Assembly (NCBI GenBank): GCA_963719505.1
Contig: CAVRCF010000004.1
Location: forward strand, 1 to 64,000
Length of the DNA stretch: 64,000 nt
DNA from: Halobacteriovoraceae bacterium
GTDB lineage: Bacteria; Bdellovibrionota; Bacteriovoracia; Bacteriovoracales; Bacteriovoracaceae
Direction: 5' to 3'
Part shown: positions 14,022 to 25,750 of the stretch, in pieces
Numbering within the stretch: the stretch's first letter is position 1
Layout: each line of letters opens with the position of its first letter
The notes under the pieces: model-generated
Databases searched by the model: none
Seen by the model: the letters and a program-made list of their open reading frames with translations, nothing else
What the model was told of the DNA's origin: nothing
Position numbers and translations under genes: made by a program

Positions 14022-14155
14022 ATGCTTCCTTTGTTAAAATAGACACTATAAATAAGTTTTGACAGTTTTTAAAGTCTTAAGTGACTAAATATATACATTA
14101 AATGCTCCTGCCTATAGTGTATTAAGAAGCAAGTTGGGTGCCAAGTTTCTGACAT

Positions 14156-14935
14156 TTCACTGAACTTTAAGGTCATTCTATCACTTTCACCACAATATTT
14201 TCGTATTTCTCTTTATCTTTATCTCCTAACTTAAAGAAGGAGGTAGCGTCCAAACACCCTTAGGATGATTTGCACTGTCTTTTGCATTGGCATTAATTTC
14301 ACTTTTAGCAACAAGAGTGACTTTTTTGGCAAAGTCTATCACATGGTCTTCTCAACATATCCGCTTTTAACTATTGGGTCCTGTTTTTCTTTTGTAGAGC
14401 TCTATGCTCAACAACGCCAAGAATTCCCCCCTGGCTTAAAAGCTTTGTAGAAACTTTTAAAAACCTCTAAGCCCTTATCATCTTTCATCCAGTTGTGAAC
14501 ATTTCTAAAAGTAAGAACGCGATGAGCACCTCCCTGGGGAGCAGGACCGATATGTTTTGGAGCCTCTAGAACTGTGAACTCGACATCACCGTAGTGACTT
14601 TTATCTTTGGTCTATTCTCTTTTATCTTGGCATTAAGTTTTGGAGCATATGACCTTTCAGAAGTTTCCGAGAATATTGCAAGGTATAGCTTTCCATTGTC
14701 TTTTAGAAGTGGTCCGTACTCCTGTATACCATCCACCACCTGGTCCAATTTCTACGGGACCCGTGTTCAAGTTTTACCTCAAAAAAGCAAGCGTTTCAGC
14801 TGGATGTCTTTGGAGACGGTTTTCCTCTGATCGGTGATTTGAATTCGATATTTTCTCAATATCTTTTTGTGAAAATGAATGATGGGCACACGCCCACATG
14901 GCAAAACTTAAAAGGACCATGAAAAATTTCGTCAT
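14156..14935 (-). pseudogene. Mirror copy of methyltransferase
   Basis: GPLLKDNGKLYLAIFSE; matches 29239-30039. Confidence 0.75.
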
Positions 14936-15036
14936 AACTATCCTTGTTTTCTAAATTTATTCTTAGAACTGTCCTAATACTAGTCGAGATCCTCAAAGGG
15001 TAAAGAAACAATTTGTACCAGTTTGTAAACAGGTTC

Positions 15037-16684
15037 TTAAGCGCCTGCTTTACTCGACGTTTCACTACCTTTATGGTCAGGTAACTTCTTAAGCTTTGGA
15101 TTTCTTCTCTTTTCTTGTTTTTTCTGGGATTAAGCCTTTCATTGACTCTAATTTTCCAAAACATAGTAGACGGTCATCTGCTTTAAAACTCTATCAATTT
15201 TTTGGATTTGGTATAACTTTTCCAGCTCTGTGGTGAGTAAGAAGGATGAATATCCTTCTCTTTAAGACCCGACTCTATAATTGTTTTTCCAACATACTCT
15301 GAACCTGCGGGAATAGAAATCTCAGTAACACCATATCCTTTGGAAACATTTTATGGTTGAGGTCTATTTCAGGGAAGTCTACTCGAGAAGCGATGTAGTC
15401 AATAAAGGCTCCAGCAATATCCAAGCCTGTGCACTTTTCAATTCCCTCTAAACCTGGGGATGAATTGACTTCCATAATTGTGGGCGTTGCCCTTCCAGCA
15501 CATGCAATTCCAAGACCCATCAGTTTTGCTGCGCGGATGGCGCACTCTTTGTATTCATCACTTAATTCTACTCTTTCTGTCTTCCCACCTCTATGAACAT
15601 TACTTCTTGAAACTCCTGTCCTTGGGCTACCCTTCTCATCGCTGCGATAACTTGGTCTCCAACAACAATAGCTCTCACGTCCTTTCCCTTACTCTCAGCG
15701 ACAAACTTCTGGATCAGAACATTTTGTTTTTGACTCTGTAAAAGTTCAATTATCGATGTCGCCATCTCAACAGTGTGAGCAAGTAGAACCCCAATACCTT
15801 GAGTTCCTTCTAAAAGCTTAATAACTACAGGTGCCCCTCCGATCTTTCAATTGCTGGGAAGACACTTCTTTTTCATCTTTAACAAAAGTTGTAGGAGGGA
15901 TTCCAATTTTATGTTGAGAAAGAAATCTGAAAGCTTCTAAGTTTATCTCGGGAATTTAAAATTCCATCTGCAGAGTTGGCGCTAAATATACTCCCATCTG
16001 TTGAGATGCTTATCTTGCCTTCAAAATAAGTAATTGAGGCACCAATTCTTGGAAAAAATTATCAAATGCTCAACTGCTTGTTTGTAGGACAAGTCCGGTC
16101 CCTCTTCGATGTCGAGAGAGAATTTCAAGGTATTAAGGACCTTTACTTCGTGTCCTCTTTTTTTACAAAGCTCTACGAGCCTTGTGGTCGAATAGTTCTT
16201 AGGCTCTTTTGATAGGATTGCTAATTTCATTTTTTCAACCTTTGCCTTTTTCGGCTTGTAAGTTTTTTGAATACAATATTTTCGTCATGAAAAATTTGTC
16301 TTTAATGCTTGCTCGTCCCACAAGCATTCTAAAACCCATTTTCATCCCTATTTGATAGTGTTACTTCAATTTGCCATTTCTGATCCAAAAAGTTCAATTT
16401 CAGTCATAATAACTGGTCTTTTCTCAGTCATACCATTTGAACTCTTTATTTTCCTATACTCTATGACTCGTGCGTGGCATTGAATCGTTTTGTATTATTT
16501 TTTGTTCGGGATGAATATCAAACTTACAAATTCTTCCCCGCGCGTTTGTAGAAAGTCATATCAAATGCATGAAGGGGAGATGATCGAGCACCAGTATCAA
16601 CTTTAGCTTTGACAGCTTTGATTCCCAGCTCAGGCAAACTGACCCACTCCCTCCAACCTATAATTTTTAAGTCTCTTTTTTCAT
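15037..16684 (-). pseudogene. Mirror copies of rimK and the rimB-like protease, frameshifted
   Basis: MKLAILSKEPKNYST and IMEVNSSPGLEGIE; matches 27459-29137. Confidence 0.8.
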
Positions 16685-16761
16685 CAGTTTCTCGCGATTA
16701 TTTACAAATCCATGCTAGAGCTTTAGGTTTGAAATGTCTTAATTAAATTGAGGTTTGCAAC

Positions 16762-18375
16762 GTGTCAGATTCAAAATTTTTACCTCTTTTTCTGAAGTCC
16801 CATGAGACTGTGCCAGAAGAGTTTACCTATCATTTGACCTCATGAACCCCACAGCTTAGCTAAAAGGGCGGCCGACGAGCTCCAAAGTAGCAGAGAGGCA
16901 TCAAAAAGATCGGAACGACAATTTTGGACTAAACACAAGAGAAGTCCCTTCTCAAATTCGGAAAAATGTTTGGCGTCTTGGTGGTCGAGGATAAAACATC
17001 TGGGCTATCTCAGAGGTTTTTCGGGTGAGCTTTTAAAAACTAGTCACCCGAGGGTTTTGTTCCCTCCCTTATTAAAGACGGAATGATAAAGACCTCGCCA
17101 GTGATGTTGAGCAAATAACGATCAAAATATCTGACTGCGATGAAATTATAAATAGTCTTGAAATTGAAAGACAATAATTTCAAATGAGCACGAAATTATA
17201 AATCGATCAAACACAAAGAAAAAGATGAAAAGACTCAAGACTGTTCGAGACCATAAAAGAGAGGAATCTCGATCAGTCCTAATATCATAAAAGCTTTAGA
17301 CCAAGAAAAAAGAGTGATCAAAAAAGATATTAAAAGCACTAAAGATCAAAAAGATCAAAGCTATAGTAAAAAATTGAAAATCAATTACAAATTGAAAAAA
17401 ACAAAGCGTTTTTTGCAAGTTGAAAGAAAGAACATTCTTAATCGATACCAACAAGATAAATATGGAGATGTTTTTTTAAACAACTCCCTAGGAGAAACTC
17501 GAAGTTTAATAGAAATATTTAAAACTTCTCTCGAGAAATGTTTGGAAGTGGTCAATGTGCTGCTCCCAAACTTCTTCAATTTGCCTATGATCAAGGCTTG
17601 AAGCCTCTGGCCTTGGCAGAGTTTTGGTGGAAAAAGTCCAAATGCCGAAGTGAGAAAACACAAACATTTTTACCCAGCTTGAACGCTTTTGCTGTAAGCC
17701 AATACTTTCATTCATGTTAGAAGGCTTAAAGTCCAGAAAAACCACTTCTTATTAACGGTGGTAAAAATAAAACGATTGCTATGGTCTGGATCCTAGGACG
17801 ACCATATCGTTATTGTCGACAAACCTCAGGGTCTTCTCTCTGTTCCTGGCAAGTCAATCGAAGATAGTGTTCAAAATCGCATGAAGTCCCTTTTTCCAAC
17901 ATCAACTATCATCCATCGACTAGACCAGGAAACCTCAGGGTTGATAGTTTTGGCGCTAACAAAGAAAGCCCAAAGTCTCTCCAAAAACAATTTATGAGAA
18001 AAGAGGTAAAGAAAACCTACACCGCTGTTCTTCGACACTCTAATCGATCGCATGCAAGGAGAAATCGTACTTCCTCTGAGAGGAGATTACGATGACCTTC
18101 CTCGACAAATCGTCTGTAAAGAACATGAAAAGAAGCCCACACAACCTTTAAGGTCATAGGAGAAACGAATAAAAGGCTCGAGAGTTTTCTTCTCACCTTT
18201 GACAGGGAGAACACATCAATGTAGAATTCACAGTGCTCACCCCGAGGGTCTCGGTGTGTCGATTTGAGGTGATACACTTTATGGAACTAAGGACTCTTTT
18301 TCGCACGCCAGTGAACTATTGAGACATCCCCTTACTAAGGAGGTCATGACTTTTACTAGTGAACCTGAGTTCTAA
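16762..18375 (+). pseudogene. Mirror copy of RluA-family pseudouridine synthase
   Basis: GSGQCAAPKLLQFAY; matches 25747-27378. Confidence 0.8.
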
Positions 18376-21124
18376 GAAATAGAGTGGCGTCTCGGGATCA
18401 ACTTCTTATTGATAATTTTGGCAGACAAAGGTTTTCAATATCCAGAGGCTTTGTGGCGTAATCATTACAACCAACTCCAAGACACTGCTCTCTAACCTCA
18501 CTCATCGCATGGCCGTGAGGGCAATAATAGGCTTGTTAAAACCAATATCTCTCAATCTTCTGGTTGCCGTATAACCATCAAGAACTGGGCATTCAAAAAA
18601 TATCCATGAGAACAAGATCATAAAGAGCCAGTTAGAGCTTTTTGAACTCCTTCTAATCCATTATTTGCGATTTCAATACTCACCCCTCTAGCCTCTAAAA
18701 GAGTTTTAAAACAAAATTTGATTCTCTTTCGCATCTTCCACCAGCAAGATCTTAAGCCCCGATATACCATCGAAACTTGAATCTAAACTGACCTCAGTCT
18801 TCTCAACCAAAGTAGTCAGATCCTTTGCACTTTGCTCTTTAACAGAAAGTGTAAAGATAGAACCTTTCTTGTTGTCTCGTCTGAATTTGTAAGTTCCAAA
18901 TAAGCTTCAAGAAGATCTGCAAGTTTTTTAGAAAAGGGCTAAGCCAAGTCCAGTCCCACCATACTTTCTTGTCATCGATACGTCGCATGTTTAAACAATC
19001 TTTCTATTTTATTTTTCGGTATTCCGATCCCAGAGTCTTCAACTGGAATCGTGTTCTTTTCTCCCTCTTTCCAAAAATATCAATACTTCCGGGTCGTGAA
19101 TTTAATGGAATTACTAATTAAATTAAAAAGAATTTGTCTAATTCTAGTCGGATCCGAAATAAAAAGATCTTTCAATTTTCCCCCTCATCTATATAAAATC
19201 AAAGTTAATCCTTTTGCTCAGCTTTAACCGAGAAGGCTTTCACAACATCTTTAACAAGTTCACTGACTGGAAAATTCGATACTTCTCCGTCACAAACTGT
19301 CCCGACTCCACTTTTGAGAGGTCTAATATATCGTTAATGATGGTAATGAGTTGTTCAGTGGTTTTCTTAACAATTGTTGAGTACTGTTTTTTCTTGTTAA
19401 CGAATATCTCCGTTAAAAGGAGGTAATCATTAAAACCCGCTATAACTCCCAGAGGCGTTCTAATCTCATGGGGAATATATCGGCCAGAAAGGCACTTTTT
19501 AGGTTATTGGTACTTGCTTGTTTCATAGCTTTTTGAAGCTCATAATATCTTCGTGATATTCGATACATGTTCCTGAGAGCCTAACAGCTTTGCCAAATGA
19601 ATCATAAAGGCAACGCCCTTTTGCATTATTGAAACCCTTCCCTTGTCGAAAGTTCTAAACTCGATATCAAAACTCGACTTTTTGCCTTTTATCGCTGGCT
19701 TAATTTCAAGAACGACCTTTGCCTTATCAGAAGGATGGATAAGGTCTGAATATCTTTACTTCCCCAAGAAAATGCCTCTTGATCAATACCCCACTCTTCA
19801 ATAAAGGTATCACTTAAATATAAATCTTTATCTTCAAGGTCATAATCCACAGCCTTATTCCAGACGAAGTCAAAGTGACATTTAAGCGGTCCTCAACTTC
19901 AGACAACTTCTGTTACTTTTTTTGTGATCATGAATATCTGTACATGTCCCAACCCAGCGGTGAATACCCAACTTTTTATTATTTAGCTCATAAGGAAGGC
20001 CCTTATCAGAAACCATCTATACATTCCATTAGCATCTCTAAGTCTACATTCGGTCGAAAATTCTGAGACATTTTTCTAGAGAATGATGCCATTTTTTTTG
20101 GCTTTGTTAGCGTCTTCTGGATCTAAAGGCTTGGAGTTCTGCTCTAATATCTTCAGCTGTTATTCCTGTATATTCTTCCCATTTTTTATTACAATATTCA
20201 TTTTCTCCAGAGCATGGCAGACCAAACGATCTGAGGATAGATCTCGGCTAGCGCGATAAAGCTTTGCTGACTATCATAAAGGTCTTGTTCACTTTTTATA
20301 AAGTGGGTTGCGACATCTCTTGATATCTGGGTTGCACCAACAACCTCTCCCATCTCTCCAAATATAGGTGAGTAACTAAACTGATAACACTTGGTCTCAG
20401 AGTCTGGAAGATCAAACTCTTCTGTAAGAGTAAAAAAGATTTCACCACTTAAAGCTCTCTTCCAAATTCCTTCAAGCTTGAGTTTTTCTTCTGGATAGCT
20501 TTCGAACTTTTCAAGAACATGAGAGCGAGTCTCAAAGGTTAACGTTGAAAAATCATGTATTTACTCGATGAGCTTCATTAAAAAAAAGATACTTTAAATC
20601 TTTATCAACTGCTGCAATAAAAGTCGGATGAGCTTTCAAATACATTAAGAAAATCTCTGTTTATTTAAAATATCTGTCTGTTATCTCATTGCAGCTAACA
20701 TCTAAGAAATACAACGATGCAACTCTTTAGTGGTGAAAAGCTAAAATTCCAATCAGTTAATTCGACCTTCCCATTTCTAGGCATCATCATGATACTTTCA
20801 TTTTCTCTGTCGACGTTTTCCCCACCGGAAAAAACTTGCTCAAAATAATGACCAGTGGTTGAATCCCAAAAAGTGCTCATACTTCCTTTCCTGACATGCC
20901 TCCGCATTTTTTCACTATGACTTCCGTCTCCGACTAGAAAAAATTATCGTTAAAAAGAAGGAGGTTCTTTGCCTTAAAATAAATAACGCCGGTGTGGATT
21001 GACACAAAAGACTTGAGAGGTGAACTTTAAGCTCGACAGGCTAATTATCAGCGGCCCCAAAAGATGCTTTTTCCAATTTATCACGAATCAATTTCGCCGT
21101 TTTTGAATTGTTTAAAAAGTCCAT
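18372..21124 (-). pseudogene. Mirror copy of PAS hybrid histidine kinase, heavily frameshifted
   Basis: WDSTTGHYFEQVFSGG; matches 22982-25750. Confidence 0.8.
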
Positions 21125-21375
21125 ACCGCCCATGCTTCTGTTTAAATATAGCATTAGAAAGGCTTTAAATGAACAGGCAGCGGCCAATCAAACTCTTTGT
21201 GTAGAAAAAAACACATCTCCTTAGAGCTCAGGAATTCTGAGCCTACTTTGTCAATTAATGGCAAGAAACTACATTCTTTACGTCTTTCATTTGTGTCGAG
21301 ATTTATTTACAAATTCTCAATTTTTTTTCAAGATTTTTTTTAGCTCCTCACTGATAATTTTATCAGGAGGTTTTT

Positions 21376-21750
21376 ATGACTATAAAATATAATAATGAAA
21401 AAGGTATAAACGAGAGAAAATCCAATCAATCTTCACAACATCTCGAGGAGGGATCAAGAGGAACTTCTCGAAAAGCCATTTGGAATATAAGGATCAAGAA
21501 AAGATTGGAGTCCATTGCCGGTGAGCAAGGTGTATCCAGTGGAGACAGCTTTGACAAGTACCCTCAAGGGACAGCAGAGGATCGTTCAAAAAATGTTCAA
21601 GGCAAGGCTGCAAAAAAAGTCAACCAAATGAATGGCATGAAGAAAGAGGATCCTAGTAAAACTACTCTGACTCAAAAACGGATCAATCACAATAATAGAA
21701 AACAACAAATAGAAAAACAACAAGAACATAAGCCAAGAGATAATGCTTGA
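21376..21750 (+). pseudogene. Mirror copy of hydrophilic hypothetical protein
   Basis: Matches 22355-22726 with local frameshifts. Confidence 0.7.
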
Positions 21751-22011
21751 TACCAAGGACAAGGAGGTCGTTGTGAAAAGTGAAGTAAAAGATGAAATCC
21801 TAGAAAACAAATTTGGGGTTTTATTAGAGAGAAGACTACGTTTGTGATTTGAAAGAGAATTAGAACATTTAATGGACAGATGTCCCTCTAGTCGCAACGC
21901 CTCTTCTTCAACTTAAGATAAAGGGGCAATACTACCAATCAAAACTATTGATAAACTGCTTTGATATAGTTTTTCAAGTCGAAGGCCGAGGTAAGGATCC
22001 GCTGACAGTAT

Positions 22012-22362
22012 TTAAACTTCTTGAACGAAAAATGGATAAGAAGCTTTTCTCCAAGCCAAAAGCTTCTTATCCATTTTTCGTTCAAGAAGTTTAAATACTG
22101 TCAGCGGATCCTTACCTCGGCCTTCAACTTGAAAAACTATATCAAAGCAGTTTATCAATAGTTTTGATTGGTAGTATTGCCCCTTTATCTTAAGTTGAAG
22201 AAGAGGCGTTGCGACTGAGGGACATCTGTCCATTAAATGTTCTAATTCTCTTTCAATCGCAAACGTAGTCTTTCTATCTAATAAAACCCCAAATTTGTTT
22301 TCTAGGATTTCATCTTTTACTTCACTTTTCACAACGACCTCCTTGTCCTTGGTATCAAGCAT
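22012..22362 (-). CDS. Hypothetical protein, possibly HPF/RaiA-like fold; true C-terminus lost at the fold-back junction
   Basis: Overlaps the end of 22355-22726. C-terminal FQVEGRGKDPLTVFKLLERKMDKKLLAWRK resembles the HPF last strand and helix. Residues after WRK are mirror sequence. Confidence 0.6.
   Translation of the reverse strand: MLDTKDKEVVVKSEVKDEILENKFGVLLDRKTTFAIERELEHLMDRCPSVATPLLQLKIKGQYYQSKLLINCFDIVFQVEGRGKDPLTVFKLLERKMDKKLLAWRKASYPFFVQEV
22049..22057. other. Fold-back junction: 9-nt loop ctccaagcc between aagctttt and aaaagctt
   Basis: ...gaaaaatggataagaagctttt-ctccaagcc-aaaagcttcttatccatttttc... is a perfect palindrome on both sides of the loop. Confidence 0.95.
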
Positions 22363-22726
22363 TATCTCTTGGCTTATGTTCTTGTTGTTTTTCTATTTGT
22401 TGTTTTCTATTATTGTGATTGATCGTTTGAGTCAGAGTAGTTTTACTAGGATCCTCTTTCTTCATGCCATTCATTTGGTTGACTTTTTTTGCAGCCTTGC
22501 CTTCGACATTTTTTGAACGATCCTCTGCTGTCCCTTGAGGGTACTTGTCAAAGCTGTCTCCACTGGATACACCTTGCTCACCGGCAATGGACTCAATCTT
22601 TTCTTGATCCTTATCTCCAAATCGCTTTTTCGAGAAGTTCTCTTTTGATCCCTCCTCGAGATGTTGTGAAGATTGATTGGATTTTCTCTCGTTTAGTCCT
22701 TTTTCATTATTATATTTTATAGTCAT
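22355..22726 (-). CDS. Very hydrophilic small protein (stress/LEA-like composition)
   Basis: 123 aa rich in K/E/Q/N/S/G; AGGAGG RBS upstream. Confidence 0.7.
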   Translation of the reverse strand: MTIKYNNEKGLNERKSNQSSQHLEEGSKENFSKKRFGDKDQEKIESIAGEQGVSSGDSFDKYPQGTAEDRSKNVEGKAAKKVNQMNGMKKEDPSKTTLTQTINHNNRKQQIEKQQEHKPRDNA

Positions 22727-22888
22727 AAAAACCTCCTGATAAAATTATCAGTGAGGAGCTAAAAAAAATCTTGGGGAAAAAGTAGAGAATTTGTAAATAA
22801 ATCTCGACACAAATGAAAGACGTAAAGAAATATCGTCTTGCCATTAATTGACAAAGTAGGCTCAGATTCCTAAGGGTTGTTAAGGAGA

Positions 22889-22906
22889 TGTGTTTTTTTC
22901 TACACA
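22889..22906. promoter_or_regulatory. 18-bp operator-like palindrome (rc TGTGTAGAAAAAAACACA)
   Basis: Lies in the divergent intergenic region ~76 bp before the histidine kinase; member of the recurring TGTGTA-N6-TWMACA motif. Confidence 0.55.
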
Positions 22907-22981
22907 AAGAGTTTGATTGGCCACTGCCTGTTCATTTAAAGCCTTTCTAATGCTATATTTAAACGAGAAGCATAGGGCGGT

Positions 22982-25750
22982 ATGGACTTTTTAAACAATT
23001 CAAAAACAGCAAAATTGATTCGTGATAAGAATTGGAAAAAGCATCCTTTGGGGCAGCCTCATGATTGGCCTGTCGAGCTTAAAGTTCACCTCTCAAGTCT
23101 TTTGTGTCAATCCACACCGGGCGTTATTTATTTTAGCAAAGAAGCCTACTTCTTTTTTAACGATAATTTTTTAAGTTACCTCGGAGACGGAAGTCATAGT
23201 GAAAAAATAGGAATGTCAGGAAAGGAAGTATGGGGGCAGCTTTGGGATTCAACCACTGGTCATTATTTTGAGCAAGTTTTTTCCGGTGGGGAAAACGTCG
23301 ACAGAGAAAATGAAAGTATCATGATGCCTAGAAATGGGAAGGTCGAATTAACTGATTGGAATTTTAGCTTTTCACCACTAAAGAGTTTGCATGGTTCTAT
23401 TCTTGGGGTGATTGTTAGCTGCAATGAGATAACAACAGATATTTTAAATAAACAGAGATTTTCTAATGTCCTTGAAAGCTCATCCGATTTTATTGCAGCA
23501 GTTGATAAAGATTTAAAGTATCTTTTTTTTAATGAAGCTCATCAAGTAGAATACAGTCGATTTTTCAACGTTAACCTTGAGACTGGCTCTCATGTTCTTG
23601 AAAAGTTCGAAAGCTATCCAGAAGAAAAACTCAAGTTTGAAGGAATTTGGAAGAGAGCTTTAAGTGGTGAAATCTTTACTCTTACAGAAGAGTTTGATCT
23701 TCCAGACTCTGAGACCAAGTGTTATCAGTTTAGTTACTCACCTATATTTGGAGAGATGGGAGAGGTTGTTGGTGCAACCCAGATATCAAGAGATGTAACC
23801 CACTTTATAAAAAGTGAACAAGACCTTTATGATAGTCAGCAAAGCTTTATCGCGCTAGCCGAATCTATGCCTCAGATCGTTTGGTCTGCCAGTGCCTCTG
23901 GAGAAAATGAATATTGTAATAAAAAATGGGAAGAATATACAGGAATAACAGCTGAAGATGCTAGAGCGGGAAGTTTCTTCCAAGCCTTTCATCCAGAAGA
24001 CGCTAACAAAGCCAAAAAAAAATGGCATCATTCTCTAAAAAATGTCTCAGAATTTTCGACCGAATGTAGACTTAGAGATGCTAATGGAATGTATAGATGG
24101 TTTCTGATAAGGGCCCTTCCTTATGAGCTAAATAATAAAAAGTCATATCACCGCTGGGTTGGGACATGTACAGATATTCATGATCACAAAAAAGTAACAG
24201 AAGAATTATCTAAAAGTGAGGACCGCTTAAATGTCACTTTGACTTCGTCTGGAATAGGGCTTTGGGATTATGACCTTGAAGATAAAGATTTATATTTAAG
24301 TGATACCTTTATTGAAGAGTGGGGTATTGATCAAGAGGCATTTTCTGGGGAAGTAAAGACTGTTCTAGACCTTATCCATCCTTCTGATAAGGCAAAGGTC
24401 GTTCTTGAAATTGAGCTGACAATAAGGCAAGAGTCGAGTTTTGATATCGAGTTTAGAACTTTCGACAAGGGAAGGGTTGTTTGGATGAATGCAAAAGGGC
24501 GTTGCCTTTATGATTCATTTGGCAAAGCTGTTAGGCTCTCAGGAACATGTATCAATATCACGAAGAAAAAGAAAGATGTTATAGAGCTTCAAAAAGCTAT
24601 GAAACAAGCAGAGAGTGCCAATAACCTAAAAAGTGCCTTTCTGGCCAATATGTCCCATGAGATTAGAACGCCTCTGGGAGTTATAGCGGGTTTTAATGAT
24701 CTCCTTTTAACGGAGGATATTTCGTTAACAGAGAAAAAACAGTACTCGACGATTGTTAAGAAAACCACTGAACAACTCATTACCATCATTAACGATATAT
24801 TAGACCTCTCAAAAGTGGAGTCGGGACAGTTTGTGACGGAGAATATCGAATTTTCCATCAGTGAACTTGTTAAAGATGTTGTGAAAGCCTTCTCGGTTAA
24901 AGCTGAGCAAAAAGGATTAAGACTTGATTTTTATATAGATGAGGAAACGAAAGATCTTTTTATTTCGGATCCGACTAGAATTAGACAAATTCTTTTTAAT
25001 TTAATTAGTAATTCCATTAAATTCACCAACGCCGGAAGTATTGATATTTTTGGAAAGAGAGAGGAAGCGAAACTTACGATTGCAGTTGAAGACTCTGGGA
25101 TCGGAATACCGAAAAATAAAATAGAAAGATTGTTTAAACCCTTTTCTCAGTCCGACGTATCGATGACAAGAAAGTATGGTGGGACTGGACTTGGCTTAGC
25201 CCTTTCTAAAAAACTTGCAGATCTTCTTGAAGGCTCTTTGGAACTTACAAATTCAGAACAAGACAAAGGTTCTATCTTTACACTTTCTGTTAAAGAGCAA
25301 AGTGCAAAGGATCTGACTCCTTTGGTTGAGAAGACTGAGGTCAGTTTAGATTCAAGTTTCGATGGTATATCGGGGCTTAAGATCTTGCTGGTGGAAGATG
25401 CGAAAGAGAATCAAATTTTGTTTAAAACTCTTTTAGAGGCTAGAGGGGTGAGTATTGAAATCGCAAATAATGGATTAGAAGGAGTTCAAAAAGCTCTAAC
25501 TGGCTCTTATGATCTTGTTCTCATGGATATTCAAATGCCAGTTCTTGATGGTTATACGGCAACCAGAAGATTGAGAGATATTGGTTTTAACAAGCCTATT
25601 ATTGCCCTCACGGCCCATGCGATGAGTGAGGTTAGAGAGCAGTGTCTTGGAGTTGGTTGTAATGATTACGCCACAAAGCCTCTGGATATTGAAAACCTTT
25701 GTGCCAAAATTATCAATCAAGTTGATCCCAGAGACGCCACTATTTCTTAG
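22982..25750 (+). CDS. Cytoplasmic multi-PAS hybrid sensor histidine kinase/response regulator
   Basis: PAS/PAC repeats, H-box FLANMSHEIRTP, N-box NLISNSIKFT, G-boxes DSGIG and GGTGLGL, receiver DLVLMDIQMP...KP. Confidence 0.95.
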   Translation: MDFLNNSKTAKLIRDKNWKKHPLGQPHDWPVELKVHLSSLLCQSTPGVIYFSKEAYFFFNDNFLSYLGDGSHSEKIGMSGKEVWGQLWDSTTGHYFEQVFSGGENVDRENESIMMPRNGKVELTDWNFSFSPLKSLHGSILGVIVSCNEITTDILNKQRFSNVLESSSDFIAAVDKDLKYLFFNEAHQVEYSRFFNVNLETGSHVLEKFESYPEEKLKFEGIWKRALSGEIFTLTEEFDLPDSETKCYQFSYSPIFGEMGEVVGATQISRDVTHFIKSEQDLYDSQQSFIALAESMPQIVWSASASGENEYCNKKWEEYTGITAEDARAGSFFQAFHPEDANKAKKKWHHSLKNVSEFSTECRLRDANGMYRWFLIRALPYELNNKKSYHRWVGTCTDIHDHKKVTEELSKSEDRLNVTLTSSGIGLWDYDLEDKDLYLSDTFIEEWGIDQEAFSGEVKTVLDLIHPSDKAKVVLEIELTIRQESSFDIEFRTFDKGRVVWMNAKGRCLYDSFGKAVRLSGTCINITKKKKDVIELQKAMKQAESANNLKSAFLANMSHEIRTPLGVIAGFNDLLLTEDISLTEKKQYSTIVKKTTEQLITIINDILDLSKVESGQFVTENIEFSISELVKDVVKAFSVKAEQKGLRLDFYIDEETKDLFISDPTRIRQILFNLISNSIKFTNAGSIDIFGKREEAKLTIAVEDSGIGIPKNKIERLFKPFSQSDVSMTRKYGGTGLGLALSKKLADLLEGSLELTNSEQDKGSIFTLSVKEQSAKDLTPLVEKTEVSLDSSFDGISGLKILLVEDAKENQILFKTLLEARGVSIEIANNGLEGVQKALTGSYDLVLMDIQMPVLDGYTATRRLRDIGFNKPIIALTAHAMSEVREQCLGVGCNDYATKPLDIENLCAKIINQVDPRDATIS

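Larger units (their letters stand above)
1..22048. repeat. Left arm of a giant inverted repeat (mirror of 22058-44485), indel-riddled; probable fold-back read or chimera
   Basis: Every left-arm ORF fragment matches a right-arm gene in reversed order and strand. Position 1 (gtatttgggc) pairs with 44485 and 22048 pairs with 22058. Confidence 0.97.

Noticed and set aside
1-22048. Genuine mass pseudogenisation of a duplicated region
   Set aside because: Indels are dense, homopolymer-biased and deletion-biased even where substitutions are nearly absent. This fits raw long-read error rather than neutral decay.
22030-22080. Covalently closed hairpin telomere of a linear replicon
   Set aside because: The fold interrupts a coding gene, has an asymmetric 9-nt loop, no protelomerase gene is seen, and only one arm is error-ridden. 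It cannot be fully excluded without reads.
22792-22811. Extra copy of the 18-bp motif (rc TGTGTCGAGATTTATTTACA)
   Set aside because: Spacing is 20 bp rather than 18 bp.
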